From NCBI RefSeq assembly GCF_009914755.1, contig NC_060947.1: 64,000 nucleotides of DNA; one strand, written 5' to 3'. Source of the stretch: the human T2T-CHM13v2.0 reference genome, Homo sapiens. This document shows positions 21,334 through 41,000 of the stretch, piece after piece; positions within the stretch are counted from its first letter, which is position 1, and each line of letters begins with the position of its first letter. Made by a program: the position numbers and the translations under genes. The notes under the pieces are model-generated. The model saw only the letters and a list, made by a program, of their open reading frames with translations. It ran no database searches and was not told where the DNA came from.

Positions 21334-22359
21334 ATTCCGTGGGGGAAGGCGGTACCACCCACATCCATTCATCCTTCCTGACAGCACGCATGATCACCTC
21401 TGGCCAGTTCCCTAGGTGTGCACCATCTTGGTGGAATGATAAATCGAGGATCTAGCAGAACTCTCACTACAGAAATGAAGAGGCCCCTGAAGGCAACATC
21501 TTCCAGATTCTTCCTCTAATCTCTTCAACAGAGCCAAGGTGCCAGCATGTTGCCGAAAGTATGTGAGGGTGACTCACTCCTCCGGAACTTTTAATCCTTT
21601 AATCCTAAACGGAGTGAAGCAAGTCTATTCATTCCAGAGGCAGTGCTGGGAAAGACTGTCAAACCATGGAGACTTTCTGGAACTCCCTGATTCTGTTTTG
21701 TTCCATTGGATGAATCTACTACAATTTATTTTTCTCTATCGACATCTGGGGCTATCTCGAATACTGCTGCTAGGAACATTCTTACACTTCTCTTTTGGTG
21801 CACATGCTCACACATTTTTCTTGGGCACGTACCCAGGAGTAAAACTGATGGGCTGTAGTTGTAAGATTGCAACATGCATTTTAGATTTGTTGAAGTCTAA
21901 TGTTAACTGGCATTTTTGCCTACTTCCCAGACAATGCAAGGACTCTAGAACACTTCATTTATACCCTCTCCTGACCTATATGCCATTATAGCTGTGTATA
22001 TTAAGCCTCCCAAGACATTATTTTCATTGTATTTTATAGTCAGTATTAATTTAGAATGGCCCACATATTTACAATTTCAGTTGCTCTTCATTCCTTCCTG
22101 CAAATACAAACTTTCATCTGGGATCAACTTCTTCCTGCCTGAAGGATACCTTTTAGTATTTCCTTTAAGGAAGTTTGTCAGCCTTTTGTCTGAAAATATT
22201 TTTATTTCACCTTCAATTTTGAAGGTTATTTCCAATTAATATATAATTTGGGATAGGCAGTTATTTTCTCTCAACATTTTGAAGATCTCATTTTAGTTTC
22301 TTCAAACTTGTTCTGTTGGGAAGCTAGCTGTCCTATTGCTCCTTTGAAGGCAATTGCCT

Positions 22360-22388
22360 TTGTGTGTGTGTGTGTGTGTGTCTGTGTC
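22360..22388. repeat. (TG)n microsatellite
   Basis: Direct reading. Confidence 0.95.
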
Positions 22389-22843
22389 TTAAGATTTTGT
22401 TTCTTCGTTTTTAGCAATTTGACTATGATGTACCTAGCTGTGGTTTTATTTGTATTTATCCTGCTTTAGATTAATATTGATACTTAAATATATGGCTCAT
22501 ATGTTTCATTTGTTTTAGAAAATTGTGAGCTGTTATCTCCAAAATATTGCCTTTGTTCCAACTTATCTCTTCTTTCCTGCTGGAACTCCAATTACCCTTT
22601 TGTTAGATCTAGTCATTGTAACCTATGTTTCTTACCCTGTTTTCTTCTTTTTTTCCTTCTGTACTTTGTCATGGATTTTTTTCTCCCCATCTATCTTCCA
22701 GTTCATCAATTATTTTGTTAGCTGTGCATAATATACTGTTAAACCCATTGATCAAGTCAATTTCTGTTACCGTATTTTTTTTTGTTTTCAATTTTCATTT
22801 GGTTCTTCTTTTCCTAGTTTCTAATTTTTTGCCAAACTTAAAA

Positions 22844-23240
<397 letters not shown>

Positions 23241-23300
23241 TGAATCTCTGTGGTTCTACTTCTGTTGTCTAGTTTTCTTCTTTTTCTCATTTTTTCTCAC

Positions 23301-23481
23301 CCTCTCGAGTAGCTGGGATTACAGGCGGGTACCACCACACCCAGCTAATTTTTCTATTTTTAGTAGAGGCGGGGTTTCACCATGTTGGCCAGGCTGGTCT
23401 TGAACTCCTGACCTCAGGTAATCCACCCACCTTGGCCTCCTGAAGTGCTGGGATTACAGGTGTGAGCCAACACGCCCGGCC
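23301..23481 (-). mobile_element. truncated AluS (3' part of right arm missing)
   Basis: Starts at gagtagctgggattacagg. Confidence 0.9.
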
Positions 23482-24108
23482 TTCTCCTTTATTCTTGAAG
23501 GACATTTTCACTAAGTATAGATTGTTATTGTTATTTTTCTTTGTGCTCATTGAAATTATGTTTTATTTTTGTCAAAAAGTCCACTGTTTCTTCTTTGTAG
23601 GTAATATATCTTTCATGACTATTTTTAAATTTTTATTTTTGAAGACTTTTTCTTCAGTTTTGATGCGATGTGTTAGGTATGGATTTTAGAAAGTCCTATT
23701 TGTGATGCATTGGGCTTCTGGAATATACGGATCAATGTCTTTTATCTCAGCTTCCGTCACTTGCAAATATGCCTCTACCTAATTCTTGCTCTCTCTTTTC
23801 CTTCTGGAACTCCAACTACATGTATGTTAGACTTCTCACATTATTTCCCATGTTAGCTTCTCTTTGTATTTTGTTTTTGTCTGTATGCTAAATTCTGGAT
23901 AATGTTTTCTGAACCATCTTCCAACTGGCTATTCTTTCTTCATCTCTATGTTATTTACTGTTAAACCTATCCACTGAATTTTCAATTTTGCTTACTGAGT
24001 GTTTTTTTATTTCTAGAAGGTCTATTTTGTTTTTCCAAGTATTTGGGGTCATCTTTTTATACAAAAGTATGTTTGTTTTTCCAAGTTTTGGGGTCATCTT
24101 TTTTTTAA

Positions 24109-24394
<286 letters not shown>

Positions 24395-25091
24395 ACAACA
24401 GTTTCGGACTGACAGAAAAGTTGCAAAGATAGTACAGAAAGTTCAAGCTGCAAAGATAGTACAGAGAGTTCCCATATACCCTGCCTTCAGTCTTGCCTAT
24501 TGTTAACATCTTACATTATGGTACATTTGTTGCAACTAATAAGCCAATACTGATATTATTAAATTCCTGACTTTATTCATATTTCATTAGCTTCCCGCAA
24601 CGTCTTTTCTGCGTTCCAGGATCCCTCCCAGATATGTTATGTATAGTCATCACATCTTCTTAGCCTCCTCTGGACTGCGACGGTTCCTTACACTTCACCT
24701 GTTTTTGGTGACCTTGACCGTTTTGAGGAGCGCTGGTCATGTATTTTGCAGACTATTCCTCAAATTCAGCTTGTCTGATATTTTTCTCATGGTTAGACTA
24801 AGGTTACAGGTTTTTAGGAAGGAGGCTGCAGAGGTGATGGGCCCTCATCACATCACCATCAAGGACACATGCTATCAATGTGACTTGTCACAGATTACAT
24901 TAACCTTGATCACCTGGCCAAGATGGTGCTCGTGAGGTTTCTCTGCTGTTATTTTCCACCCCAGTCTTTTAATACTGTCTTCATTGGAAGTAAAACTCTA
25001 AGCACAGCCTGTACTTAAGGTGTGGGGAGTTAAGTTTTACCTCCCTGGGGAGTGCGTAGCTACATAAATCATGTAGAATTCTTCCATATAG

Positions 25092-26003
<912 letters not shown>

Positions 26004-26138
26004 CCCTGGTTCCTTTCACTGGAGAATATGGTATTAGAAACCAAGAAGGATCACTGTTTAGAGTTGTTTCTTCTTGCAGATATTTTAAATCATGTCTTTT
26101 ATTCTTTAAATAAAGTAAGCATTTAAAAAATTGGTCTC

Positions 26139-26436
<298 letters not shown>

Positions 26437-26532
26437 TTAGTCTCTCTCTGAAGTTTTGGTATGTCTGTTTCTGTAGTCAGTTGTTTCAACTGGCTCCCAC
26501 TCCTGGTGCCTTGTTCTCCTGTTTATTATTAA

Positions 26533-26813
26533 TTTTTTTTTTTTTAATAGAGACAGGGTCTTGCTCTGTTACCCAGGCTGGAGTGTGGTGGCATGATCGT
26601 AGCTCATGGTAGCCTCCAACTCCTGGGCTCAAGCAATCCTCCTGCCTCAGTCTCCCGAGTATCTGGGACCACAGTTATGCACCACCACCTGCCTGGCTAA
26701 TTTTGTGTTTTGTAGAGACGAGGTCTTGTTATGTCGTCCAAGCTGGTCTCCAACTCCTGGGGCTCAAGGGAGCCTCCTGCCTCAGCTTCCCAAAGCATGT
26801 ACAGGTGTAAGCC
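26533..26813 (-). mobile_element. AluJ
   Basis: Diverged dimer. Confidence 0.9.
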
Positions 26814-27357
26814 AATATTTTTTACTTTATACTGGTTGCTGTACTTGAAAAATTATTCTGGAGATTCACTGAAGCCCAAGATGAAGCTGCTTTTCTCAAA
26901 AAGATTTTGCATTTACTTTTTCTTCTTGGATTACTCCTCATCTGGGACCATTTTAGATGAGGATACAATTGTAATTTCTCTGAACTACCCAGACACTGAA
27001 CTTGTGCTGCAAATTCACGCAAAAGCCAGCTTCATGGGCACAAGATTTTTTTCCTTTTCCTTTTCTTCCTGCTCCAAATATCGCTAAGCCAGTGCAATCC
27101 CAGCTTAGCCTGTAAAAGGCCTCCTGTTATTTTCTCTACCTTGGGCAGGCCCTGGCATTGTTTTATGTCCAAATTGTCTCATTAATCCACTAAAATTGAA
27201 GCACAAGTGTTTCTTATTAGCATACCACCTTGGGGTAAGCATGGTTTTGTGCTTTAAAATTATCTTTCTATAGGCTTCTGCTTTTTTCTTGGAGCTTAGC
27301 CTGGAATTTACTTACTTTTTCATTAGCTTTTTAATGTTCTTAAGATTTAAAATTTTA

Positions 27358-27492
27358 AGCCAAGTGCAGTGGTGCGCATCTGTATTCCTGCCTACTCAGG
27401 AGCCTGAGGCAGGAGGATTGCTTGAGGCCACGGAGTTCGAGACCAGCTTAGGCAACATAGTGAGACTCCCATCTCTTAAAAGAAAAAAAAAA
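27358..27492 (+). mobile_element. FLAM monomer
   Basis: Single arm plus A tail; TSD aagattta[a/c]aatttta. Confidence 0.85.
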
Positions 27493-27896
27493 AGATTTAC
27501 AATTTTATAAAGTCCTTAAAACAGCATGAAAAGAAAAAAAAATTAAAAAATAAAATTTTATATCACATATTTGTTTTCAATGGGATGGTTGGTATAAATA
27601 GTACAGCCCATCTTTCCCAGAAATAGCTTTTTAAATCTAGGGACGCTGTCTTTCTTTGGTTCTGGAAAATTCTCAGACATCATCACCTTAAATATTGCTA
27701 CCTCCTGATTCTAGTTTCTGTCTCTCTCTGGAACTTATATTAAATATGTTTTGGTGCTTTTCAATCTATCCCCCTAGCTCTGAACTACTTTTTCATATTT
27801 TTCATCTCTTTATCACTGACTCTGGATGACTTCCTCAGCTCAGCCTTCTAAATCACAAACTCACTCTTTGTGTCCATTCTCTTGTTTATCTCATTA

Positions 27897-28778
<882 letters not shown>

Positions 28779-28813
28779 TGAGTTTCATCTATTCTTGATT
28801 CATAACCATCTGC

Positions 28814-29129
<316 letters not shown>

Positions 29130-29834
29130 CTGTTTGTTGACTTTAACTGCACTCATTTTTAAATCCTTTCCAGATTGCTCTATTACTTCTATTTTCTTTT
29201 ATGTGAATCTTCTTATATGTTGGGTTTCATTGTAGCCTTTGTAATTTTTTTTTGAGTGCTCATCTTACACGGAGGCTTTTTTTCTTTCCCACTCTCCCTG
29301 GAAAATGGTTTTATGATTGCTTCAGCCCAGTGTCCTGAGAACAAAGTTCAGTGGCTCTGGGCTCTTGCCCTGTGAGTATATCACAATTCCAAACCGGGAG
29401 CTTGCATGAAATGTATTCCTGGTGCCTGCTGTGTAAATATCTCTGCTTTTCCACTCTATCACAGGCAAGAACTTTGTTTCTAGTTGCACTCTCCAGCAGC
29501 TAGGTAAGAATTTTTCAGACATAGCTGGTTGAGCATGAGCTCAGTGCATCAGTTTTCCTGTGAATAGGTGTGCAGTGGTTCCTTATTCCTTGGAGTTGAA
29601 ATTCCAGACTTCGCTATTTGTGTCAGGTCCTGGGTGCTATGGGCCAATGCGTTAAGCTCCCACTTATTGCTATGGGTTTCCACTAAGTTTCCAGTCCATG
29701 AATTTTAAAAATCATGTCCTTGAGTATTTTCTGAAACACACCATCATTTCTTACATTTTTGAAACACAGTGAGGAAAGCTTAGCATATGTTCCCCCTGAA
29801 TCAACACAGTACAGAACCACTGTTTTGTCTAAAG

Positions 29835-29972
29835 TCTTGCTACTCAACGTGTGGTCTGTGGGTTCGTTTCAAATGCAAAATCTCAGGTCCACCTGGACTT
29901 GCTGAATCAGAAACTGCTCTTTAACAAAATTCTGCAGATGATTTGCATACATATTAAAGTTTGAGGAGCACT
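29835..29972. mobile_element. MER5A-like
   Basis: aaatgcaaaatctcagg...ctgaatcagaaact...aaagtttgaggagcact. Confidence 0.75.
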
Positions 29973-30043
29973 AGTTTAAGGGTCAGTTAGTTCTAGTATA
30001 ACCAACCTGAACAAAATCAGACCTTTAGAAAGCTTTTATTTCC

Positions 30044-30367
<324 letters not shown>

Positions 30368-30533
30368 CTATCTCTTCCATGTTGATATATCTTGAATTTT
30401 AGTTACAATTTGGTATTAAAGACTATGAATTTTATAAGCAATAATTTAGACCTACCAGGTATCTTATTAATTTCTTTGTTGTCTATTGCTTCTGGCATCC
30501 TACCGTTTCTTTTGGTTTCTTTTTTTTTATTTA

Positions 30534-30735
30534 TGAACTGGAAAATTTAATATTGTTAAGATGGCAATAATATCCACAATTTTAAAAAGATTTAATACAT
30601 TTCATATTACATTTTAATGGTCTTTTTGCAGATATGAAAAAAGGTGATCCTCAAATTCATATGGAATGTAAGGGGCTCAGAATAATCAAAACGATATTGA
30701 AAAAGAACAGCCAGTTTGGAAGTCTCGCACTTCTC
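30534..30735 (+). mobile_element. internal L1M ORF2 fragment, no polyA
   Basis: aatattgttaagatggcaata...aaattcatatggaa...ttgaaaaagaac. Confidence 0.75.
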
Positions 30736-30744
30736 ATTGGTTTC

Positions 30745-31056
<312 letters not shown>

Positions 31057-31222
31057 TGGTTTCATTTTTCTCTTACTGAAGTGCTCTTGGAGCATCTGTT
31101 ATGATCAAATGTCTGAGTCCTTGTAATCTGAGGATGTTTTTATTTTGCCCTCATTCTCGAAGGACAATATTAATAGATATAGAATTTGAAGTTCAAAGAT
31201 ATTTTCCCTGGCAGAGTGTGCC

Positions 31223-31520
<298 letters not shown>

Positions 31521-32384
31521 CCAAAGATATTCTCCCTCAGCACTTAGCAACTATTACTCTATTATCTTCTTGCATCCATAAAAAAAACCAAAAAAACAAA
31601 AAAAATCTTTTTACTCTGAACAATTTTAATCTTACAGAAAAGTAGAAGGAATAACACAATGAGACCCCAGATATCCCTCCCTTGACTTCAGCAATGATCA
31701 ATATATTTGCATCCATTTTGCTGATGGGATATCTCATGTTAATCTTGTTCTCATTTTTGGGGGGTCTTTTTGTTCTTCTGGTAACTTTTAGGTAGCTCTT
31801 CATCCTTCTTGTTCTGAAAATTTACCACAGTGTCTATGTTTTTTTTTTTTTTTTTAAATCCTGATTAGCATTCAGAGAGGTCTCTCTCAATCTAAGGACT
31901 TGTGTTTTGGTGCAGTTCCAGGAATTTGTTGACTATTATTTTTTGAATATTGCTTCAATTATCTCCTTCTGGAAATTCTTTTAGAGGAATTTGTAACTAC
32001 TGAATCTTTTCTCCATGTGTCTTTACAATTTTCTTCATTCTTTTCATCTCTTTATCTCTGTGCTCTGTTCTGGGAAAATTTCTCAATATAGCCTTCAGCT
32101 TCCTGGTTTATCTTTCAGCTGTGTATAATCTGCTATTCACTGATACATTTTTTGGTTGCTAAGCTTTTAATATTTTATGGTTACAATGCTTGATTGTGTA
32201 CTTCTCTCCCCTAGGAAAATTCTCCTGGGTGCATCCCTAGTGGAAATGGTTATCTAGAGGGCCTAACTGGCAGAGGGGCAGGCCTCATAGGAACACTGTG
32301 GCTGCAGTGTGAGCCCGGACCTCCTAGCAGCAAGGGTCACCATCCTCCTGACGTGAAGGGTGAAGGTCTTAGTTTAACTGATAG

Positions 32385-33482
<1,098 letters not shown>

Positions 33483-33484
33483 AC

Positions 33485-34238
33485 TGGGACAGATGAGATT
33501 TTCCTAAAGAAATTCTCAACAATGTCTCCCATTCCACATGACCTTATAATGTAACTTTAGCATTCTTCCTATGGAGAGGTGGCATCTGTGTTCCCTCCCC
33601 TTGAATCTTGTGACTATGGTGGAAATGGTAACATGTGATTTCTGAGGCTAGGTCTTAAGAGGCATTACCTAGTTTTTTGAGACACCCCTTTGGAGCCCAG
33701 AGCTTCCATACAAGTAGTTAAACCTGACGTCACTATGCTATGACAAAGCCCAAACAAGCTCATACAGAGAGATCATGGGAAGAGCCCTTGAGGCTACATG
33801 AGAAGAAAAAGATTTCCAGCCAGCCCCCCGCTGCTGCAATCCCCCACTGGTCCAGCTCTAACTACCATTTGACTACAACTGCATGAATCACACTAAGCCA
33901 GACCCTCCCAGCTAATACAGTCCTCAATACTTGAATGTTGCTTTAAGCCAGTAATTCTCAACTGGGGGAGATTTTGCACCGCGCTGCACCCCGCCCCGGG
34001 ATGTGTGGCAATGCCTGGAGATATTGTCATAACTTGGAGGTGGGTGCATGGTGGTACTTGCTTCCAGTGGGTGGAGACCAGGGGTGCTGCTAAACATCCT
34101 GCAGGGACACAGGACAGCCTCCAGGACAAAGAATTATCTGGTCCCAAATGCCAACTGTGCTGAGATCGAGAAACCCTACTTAAACTACATAATCCACTAA
34201 GTTTTAGGTTGATTTGTAATGTAGCAAAAGTACTAGAA
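33485..34238 (+). mobile_element. MLT1 LTR (F/G-like) split by MER20
   Basis: ttccctccccttgaatct...tgactacaactgcatga...ccactaagttttaggttgatttgt. Confidence 0.65.
33949..34178. mobile_element. MER20 hAT transposon
   Basis: cagtaattctcaactggggg...ggcaatgcctggaga...tgctaaacatcct...aaagaattatctgg...gagaaaccct. Confidence 0.85.
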
Positions 34239-34261
34239 CAATCATGCAGGCAGAGAGGGAG

Positions 34262-34588
<327 letters not shown>

Positions 34589-34597
34589 TAGTTCACG

Positions 34598-34949
<352 letters not shown>

Positions 34950-35999
34950 TCAGCCTGGAGTACTGCTCAAACCGCATCACTGGCTGTCCAGTGAAGACCA
35001 CTGGATGTGGACCCACAGCTTGCACCTGTGATACTGAGAACTGGATTCCAGAACCTCTGGATTCTGGATGCCGTTGCCACCCTCACCAGAAAGTAGGTTC
35101 CATGTGTTTCCTGCTTCTTCACATTGCTCACTTTGTAATCAGTCCGATTTTGAGATGGCTGATGGATGAGCCCTGGGTCGTGTGTGAACTGTCTGCAAAG
35201 GAAGCCGAGAAAGCAAGTTTTCTGGCTTCTACCAAGGAGGCAGGACTAACAAAGCTTCCAAAGATGCTGGGAAGCCAGGAACCTTGGCAAGATTCCTTGG
35301 CACTATGTTGTGATAAGGTTGTTGCAAACACCTTTGGGTTATTTCTAGTTTTTTTTTTTAACTTATTTAAAATAATGCTGTCTGTTATTATACATTTTGG
35401 GCTAGAGATTTTACTTTAGGGATTATAATCCCAAAGAAACAACTACCCAGCTATAGTAACATGGTACTTATTACCTTATTGATAGTAACTACTGAAAACC
35501 AGAAAGAGCTCAAGCATATAAAACCGTGGAACAACAGACTAATTTGTGATCTAACAAACGTCTAAGATTTCCACAGATGGTATGAATTCCAAATATCAGG
35601 TCACATTGTCTTCACCTGTTTATGCTTGGCCAGACCATGCATCCAGTTTACTTTGAAATGTGTGGTCACTGTGACTACGTAATTTTATCCTGATGGAATA
35701 TTATAACAAAAATACTAACTCTATGTTTTACTAGGTGAATACATGGAAAGCAGGTACAAAATGTTTTATGAAAGAAACAGAAGAGTCTAAATACACTCAT
35801 TGTGACCATGGAAAATTAGTGTTTGCATAATGCAAAGGGTTTGCTTTTGGTTTGTAAAGTTATTTAATATTGAAAAAGGAAATTCCCTTTTGTTTTTCCT
35901 AATGTTTGTATTAACCTCAGAGCTTCTGAAGAGCTTGCCCAATAGGTGGCAGTACTGGATAAGAACAGACAGAAACTGCTGCAGGCTGCCTTCAAGCGC

Positions 36000-36590
36000 T
36001 GTTTCTCAAACTTTGGTGTACATACCAATGATCATGTTAAAACACAGCTTGTTGGGCCTCACTGCACTCGGAGTTTCTGAGTTACTAGATGTCTTAGTCT
36101 CGTAGTGCTGCTATAACCAAATACCTGAGACTCAGTTATTTATAACAAAATACCTGAGGCTGAGTTATTTATAAAGAACAGAAATGTTGCCTCACAGTTC
36201 TGGAGGCTGGGAAGTCCAAGATCAAGGAAGTCCAAGATCACCGACAGGTTTAGTGTCCGGTGAGGGCCTGCTCCATGGATGGTGTCTTCTCCTAGCATCA
36301 CCCTCACATAGTAGAGGGCAGAGGGGCAAAAAAAGCCTAAGCCGTTCCCTGCAGCCCTTTTATATGGCACGGATCCATTCATGACAGCAGAGCCCTCGTG
36401 GCTTAACGCCTCTGAAAGGCCCCATCTCTTAATACCACCACCATGGGGATACCCTTTCCACATGAATTTTGGAGGGGATGCCTTCAAACCATAGCAGCAG
36501 GTTTGGGGTGGGGCCCGATAATGTGCGTTTCTAACAATTTCCCAGGTGAAACTGATGCTGCTGGTTGGGGATCACACTTGAGAACCACAG
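36000..36590. mobile_element. MER5A split by MaLR LTR
   Basis: gtttctcaaacttt...; ttctaacaatttcccaggtga...cacacttgagaaccac. Confidence 0.75.
36090..36496 (-). mobile_element. MSTD/MLT1A-like LTR
   Basis: tgtcttagtc...cacagttctggaggctgggaagtccaagatcaagg...ttcaaaccatagca. Confidence 0.85.
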
Positions 36591-36700
36591 TCTTCTCGCA
36601 CTGGGAGCTTGTTAAAGTGCAGAAGATCATCCTTCTCTCCTTCCTTATAGCATCCCCCTGCCACCCACTCCATTGCCATGTGTTAATGGAAGAGCTGGGC

Positions 36701-36889
36701 CACTTTTCCCTTGAAATACTTTCATTTTCCCGTTGAAATACTTTATTCCTTGGCTCCCACAATATCCCACTCACCTCTTTTGCCTTCTCTCTTTCATTTT
36801 TTTTTACTATTTTTAAAGAGATGGGGTCTGGCTATGTTGCCCAGGCTGGAGTATAATGGCTATTCACAGGCATAATCATCACAGCACAC
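36701..36889 (+). repeat. direct copy of 38511-38662 (L2/FAM junction) flanked by 21-bp direct repeats
   Basis: ttgaaatacttta.tccttggctcccacaata...ggctattcacaggc...catcacagcacac present in both. Confidence 0.93.
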
Positions 36890-37711
36890 CCTGTGTTAAT
36901 GGGGAAGCTGGGGCAGCCACTTGGAGGTGGGGGGCCCTGCAAACAAATGTTTCTTCCTGGCCTACTTGACCTTCTACATCCCATCTTCCATTTGAAGGGA
37001 GTAAACAGGCACAATGGAGGGAATGCCCTTTATCTATCGCTTCCTGGAGGCACTGACAGACCTCACAGTGGGGTCTAACTTGGGCCCCCATTACTGGTAT
37101 CTCTGGCCCCCTACCTGGTATGCCCTTTGTCCACTTTGGGGTACTTCCTGTCTTGCTGCGGGCATCCTGGCGTCCTTGGCACTCCTCTCTTCCCTCCCTT
37201 CTGCCAACACTGATCTTACAATGTACTTCGGACTTTGCTTTAACTCCCTCCTGGGCTTGGTATGTCTTGTGCTCTAACTACTGAAGAGCTTGCTTTCGAT
37301 GCATAGAAATCCAAGCAAAATTTAGCACTGGATATTTTAACTCTCTCCTCAAACTTTCAACCTCTCCTCCTCTATTTTCACTCTCTCAGCTGAGCTTGAC
37401 TTTGCTTCCTACTTCACTGAGGAAATGGAAATTATTAGAAGAGCATGTGCACAAGTTCCCAGCACAGCAGCTTCCCTTCCCCCTGCATCTGAACCCGTGA
37501 TACTCCACTTCCTCTCCAATAAGACGAATGACTTATGTTCCTAGCCAACCGCAGCCTCTCCACTGAGTGCTAGATTCTATCCCCTCTCAAGAACAGGCTG
37601 TGGCAATTCTTTCCTCTCTACCACATCACCAGTTTTCTCCTATTTACCGCATCACTCCCATCAGCACACGTGCTACTATTTCTTTGATATTAATTAATAA
37701 GAGTTGCTTCT

Positions 37712-38029
37712 GGGCCAGGCCCTGTGGCTGATGCCTGTAATCCCAGTGACTCAGGAGACTGAGATAAGAAGATTGCTTGAGGCCAGGAGCTGGAGACCAC
37801 CAGCCTGAGCAACACAGTGACACCCTGTCTCTAGAAAAAAAATAAAAATGTACCTGGGTATAGTGGTGTGTGAGCCTGTAGTCCTAGCTGCTCGGGAGGC
37901 TGAGGTGGGAGGATTGCCTGAGCCCAGGAGTTCAAGGCTGCAGTGAGCTATGATTGTGCCACTGCACTCCAGCCCGTATGTGCTCTGCTCAATACTCCAG
38001 CCTTTAAAAAAAAAAAAAAAAAAAAAAAA
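37712..38029 (+). mobile_element. AluJ with atypical 3' end
   Basis: TSD agttgcttctg encloses this and the next Alu. Confidence 0.9.
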
Positions 38030-38348
<319 letters not shown>

Positions 38349-38574
38349 TTATTGTCTCTAATTTCTCTGCTTCTATTCTCCCATGAACCTACCCAATCAG
38401 ACCTCATCTCTCTACCAAACTGCAACTGCCCTAGTCACAAAAGCTCTCCAACATTTGCAAAGTCCAATGGTCACTTCTCAGTCCTTAGTGGCAGCATTTG
38501 ACATGTTGATCACTTTCCCCTTGAAATACTTTACTCCTTGGCTCCCACAATACCCTACTCACTTCTTTTGCCTT

Positions 38575-39344
<770 letters not shown>

Positions 39345-40149
39345 TTCTTTTTTTTTTTTTTTTTTTTGAGATGGAGTCCCCCTTGGTTTCTCTTTTTGGG
39401 CACTCTTTCTTGTCCCATTTGCTGGGTCCTCTTCATTTTCCCAACTTCCAAGTGTTAAGTTTAATCCTTAAACCTCTTTTGTATCTACTCTCTCTGTCAT
39501 CTCCTTTAGTGTTTCAGGACTTTAAAGCCATCTATATGTCGATAACTCCCCAGTTTATATCTCAAGCCTGAACCTGTCTCCCTCCTGAGCTGTACATCCA
39601 ACTGTCTACTAGACATCTCTATCTGGACATGTGTTAGGCACCCCACTTGCCTGTCCCAATCAGAGTCTTGGATGTGTACCCTCCGCTCTACTTCAAGCTA
39701 CTCCTGCAAACTTCCTCACCTCAGCTGCACTGGCTCAGGACAAAAACCTTAGTGTCATCCTCGATTCCTTTCTCCCATAACCCATATCCAGGCTGTCAGC
39801 AAATCTTCTTGGCTATATTTTCAAATGATCGACAGAATTCAGCCATTTCCCTTGACCTTTCCCTCTGTCTCTGACTGCTACCAAGATCTAAGCCACCACC
39901 ATTTCTCACCTGGGCTATTCAAATAGCCTCCCAAACGGTTTCTTGCTTCTGTCCTTGCCCACCTGCACTCTGTTCTCACCACAGCTGCCAACAATCTCGT
40001 TAAAACCTAAGTCAAATAGTGTTATTCCTTTGTTCAATCCCTCTGCTCCATTTTCTCAGAATAACACTCGAGTTGTTCTTAAGACCTGCAAGGTCCCACA
40101 TGCTCTGCACCCTGGACTTCAAATCTCCATTGCTCTCACCCTTGGTCAC

Positions 40150-40697
40150 TGTATTAGTCAGGGTTCTCTAGAGGGACAGAACTAATAGGATAGATGTGTC
40201 TATGAAAGGGAGTTTATTAGGGAGTATTGACTCACATGATCACAAGGTAAAGTCCCATGATAGTCTGCAAGTTGAGGAGCAAAGAAGCCAGTCTGAGTCC
40301 CAAAACCTCAAAAGTAGGGAAGCTGACAGTGTAGCCTTCAGTCTGTGGCCAAAGGCCCAAGAGCCCCAGCAAACCAGTGGTCTAAGAGTCCACTAAATCC
40401 AAGAGTCCAAAAGCTGAAGAACTTGGAGTCCAATGTTTGAGGGCAGGAAGCATCCAGCATGGGAGAAAGATGAAGGCCAGAAGACTCAGCCAGTCTGCTC
40501 TTCCATCTTCTCCCACCTGCTTTATTCTAGCCACACTGGCAGCTGATTAGATGGTGCCCACCCAGATTGAGGGCGGGTCTGCCTCTCCCAGTCCACTGAC
40601 TCAGATGTTAATCTCCTTTGGCAACACCATCACAAACACACCGAGGACCAACACTTTGCATCCTTCAATCCAATCAAATTGACACTATTAACCATCA
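40150..40697 (-). mobile_element. MLT2A-type (HERV-L) solo LTR
   Basis: tgtattagtcagggttctctagagggacagaactaatagga...caatccaatcaa.ttgacac...aaccatca; perfect TSD gtcac. Confidence 0.9.
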
Positions 40698-41000
40698 GTC
40701 ACTCTATTCCAGCAGCGTGTCCAGCACACGTCTACCTCAAGGCCTTTGAACTTGCTTCTCATGCTACCTAGATTTCTTTTTCTCAGATGTTTATTTGCAT
40801 GACTCACTTCCTCACTTTCTGCAGATTTTTTTTTTTTCCTCAAAAGCCACCTCCTCGGTAGACTTGGAACAAAGCAGATTACACACCATCAAGTTCCCTG
40901 GACCCAGCTCCTATCCCAGGCCAGTGTGTCCCCACTCTCTCTGTGATTTGTTCAACCAAGGGTACTCGACTCATGGCACATGGGCATCCATAGGTCACAG

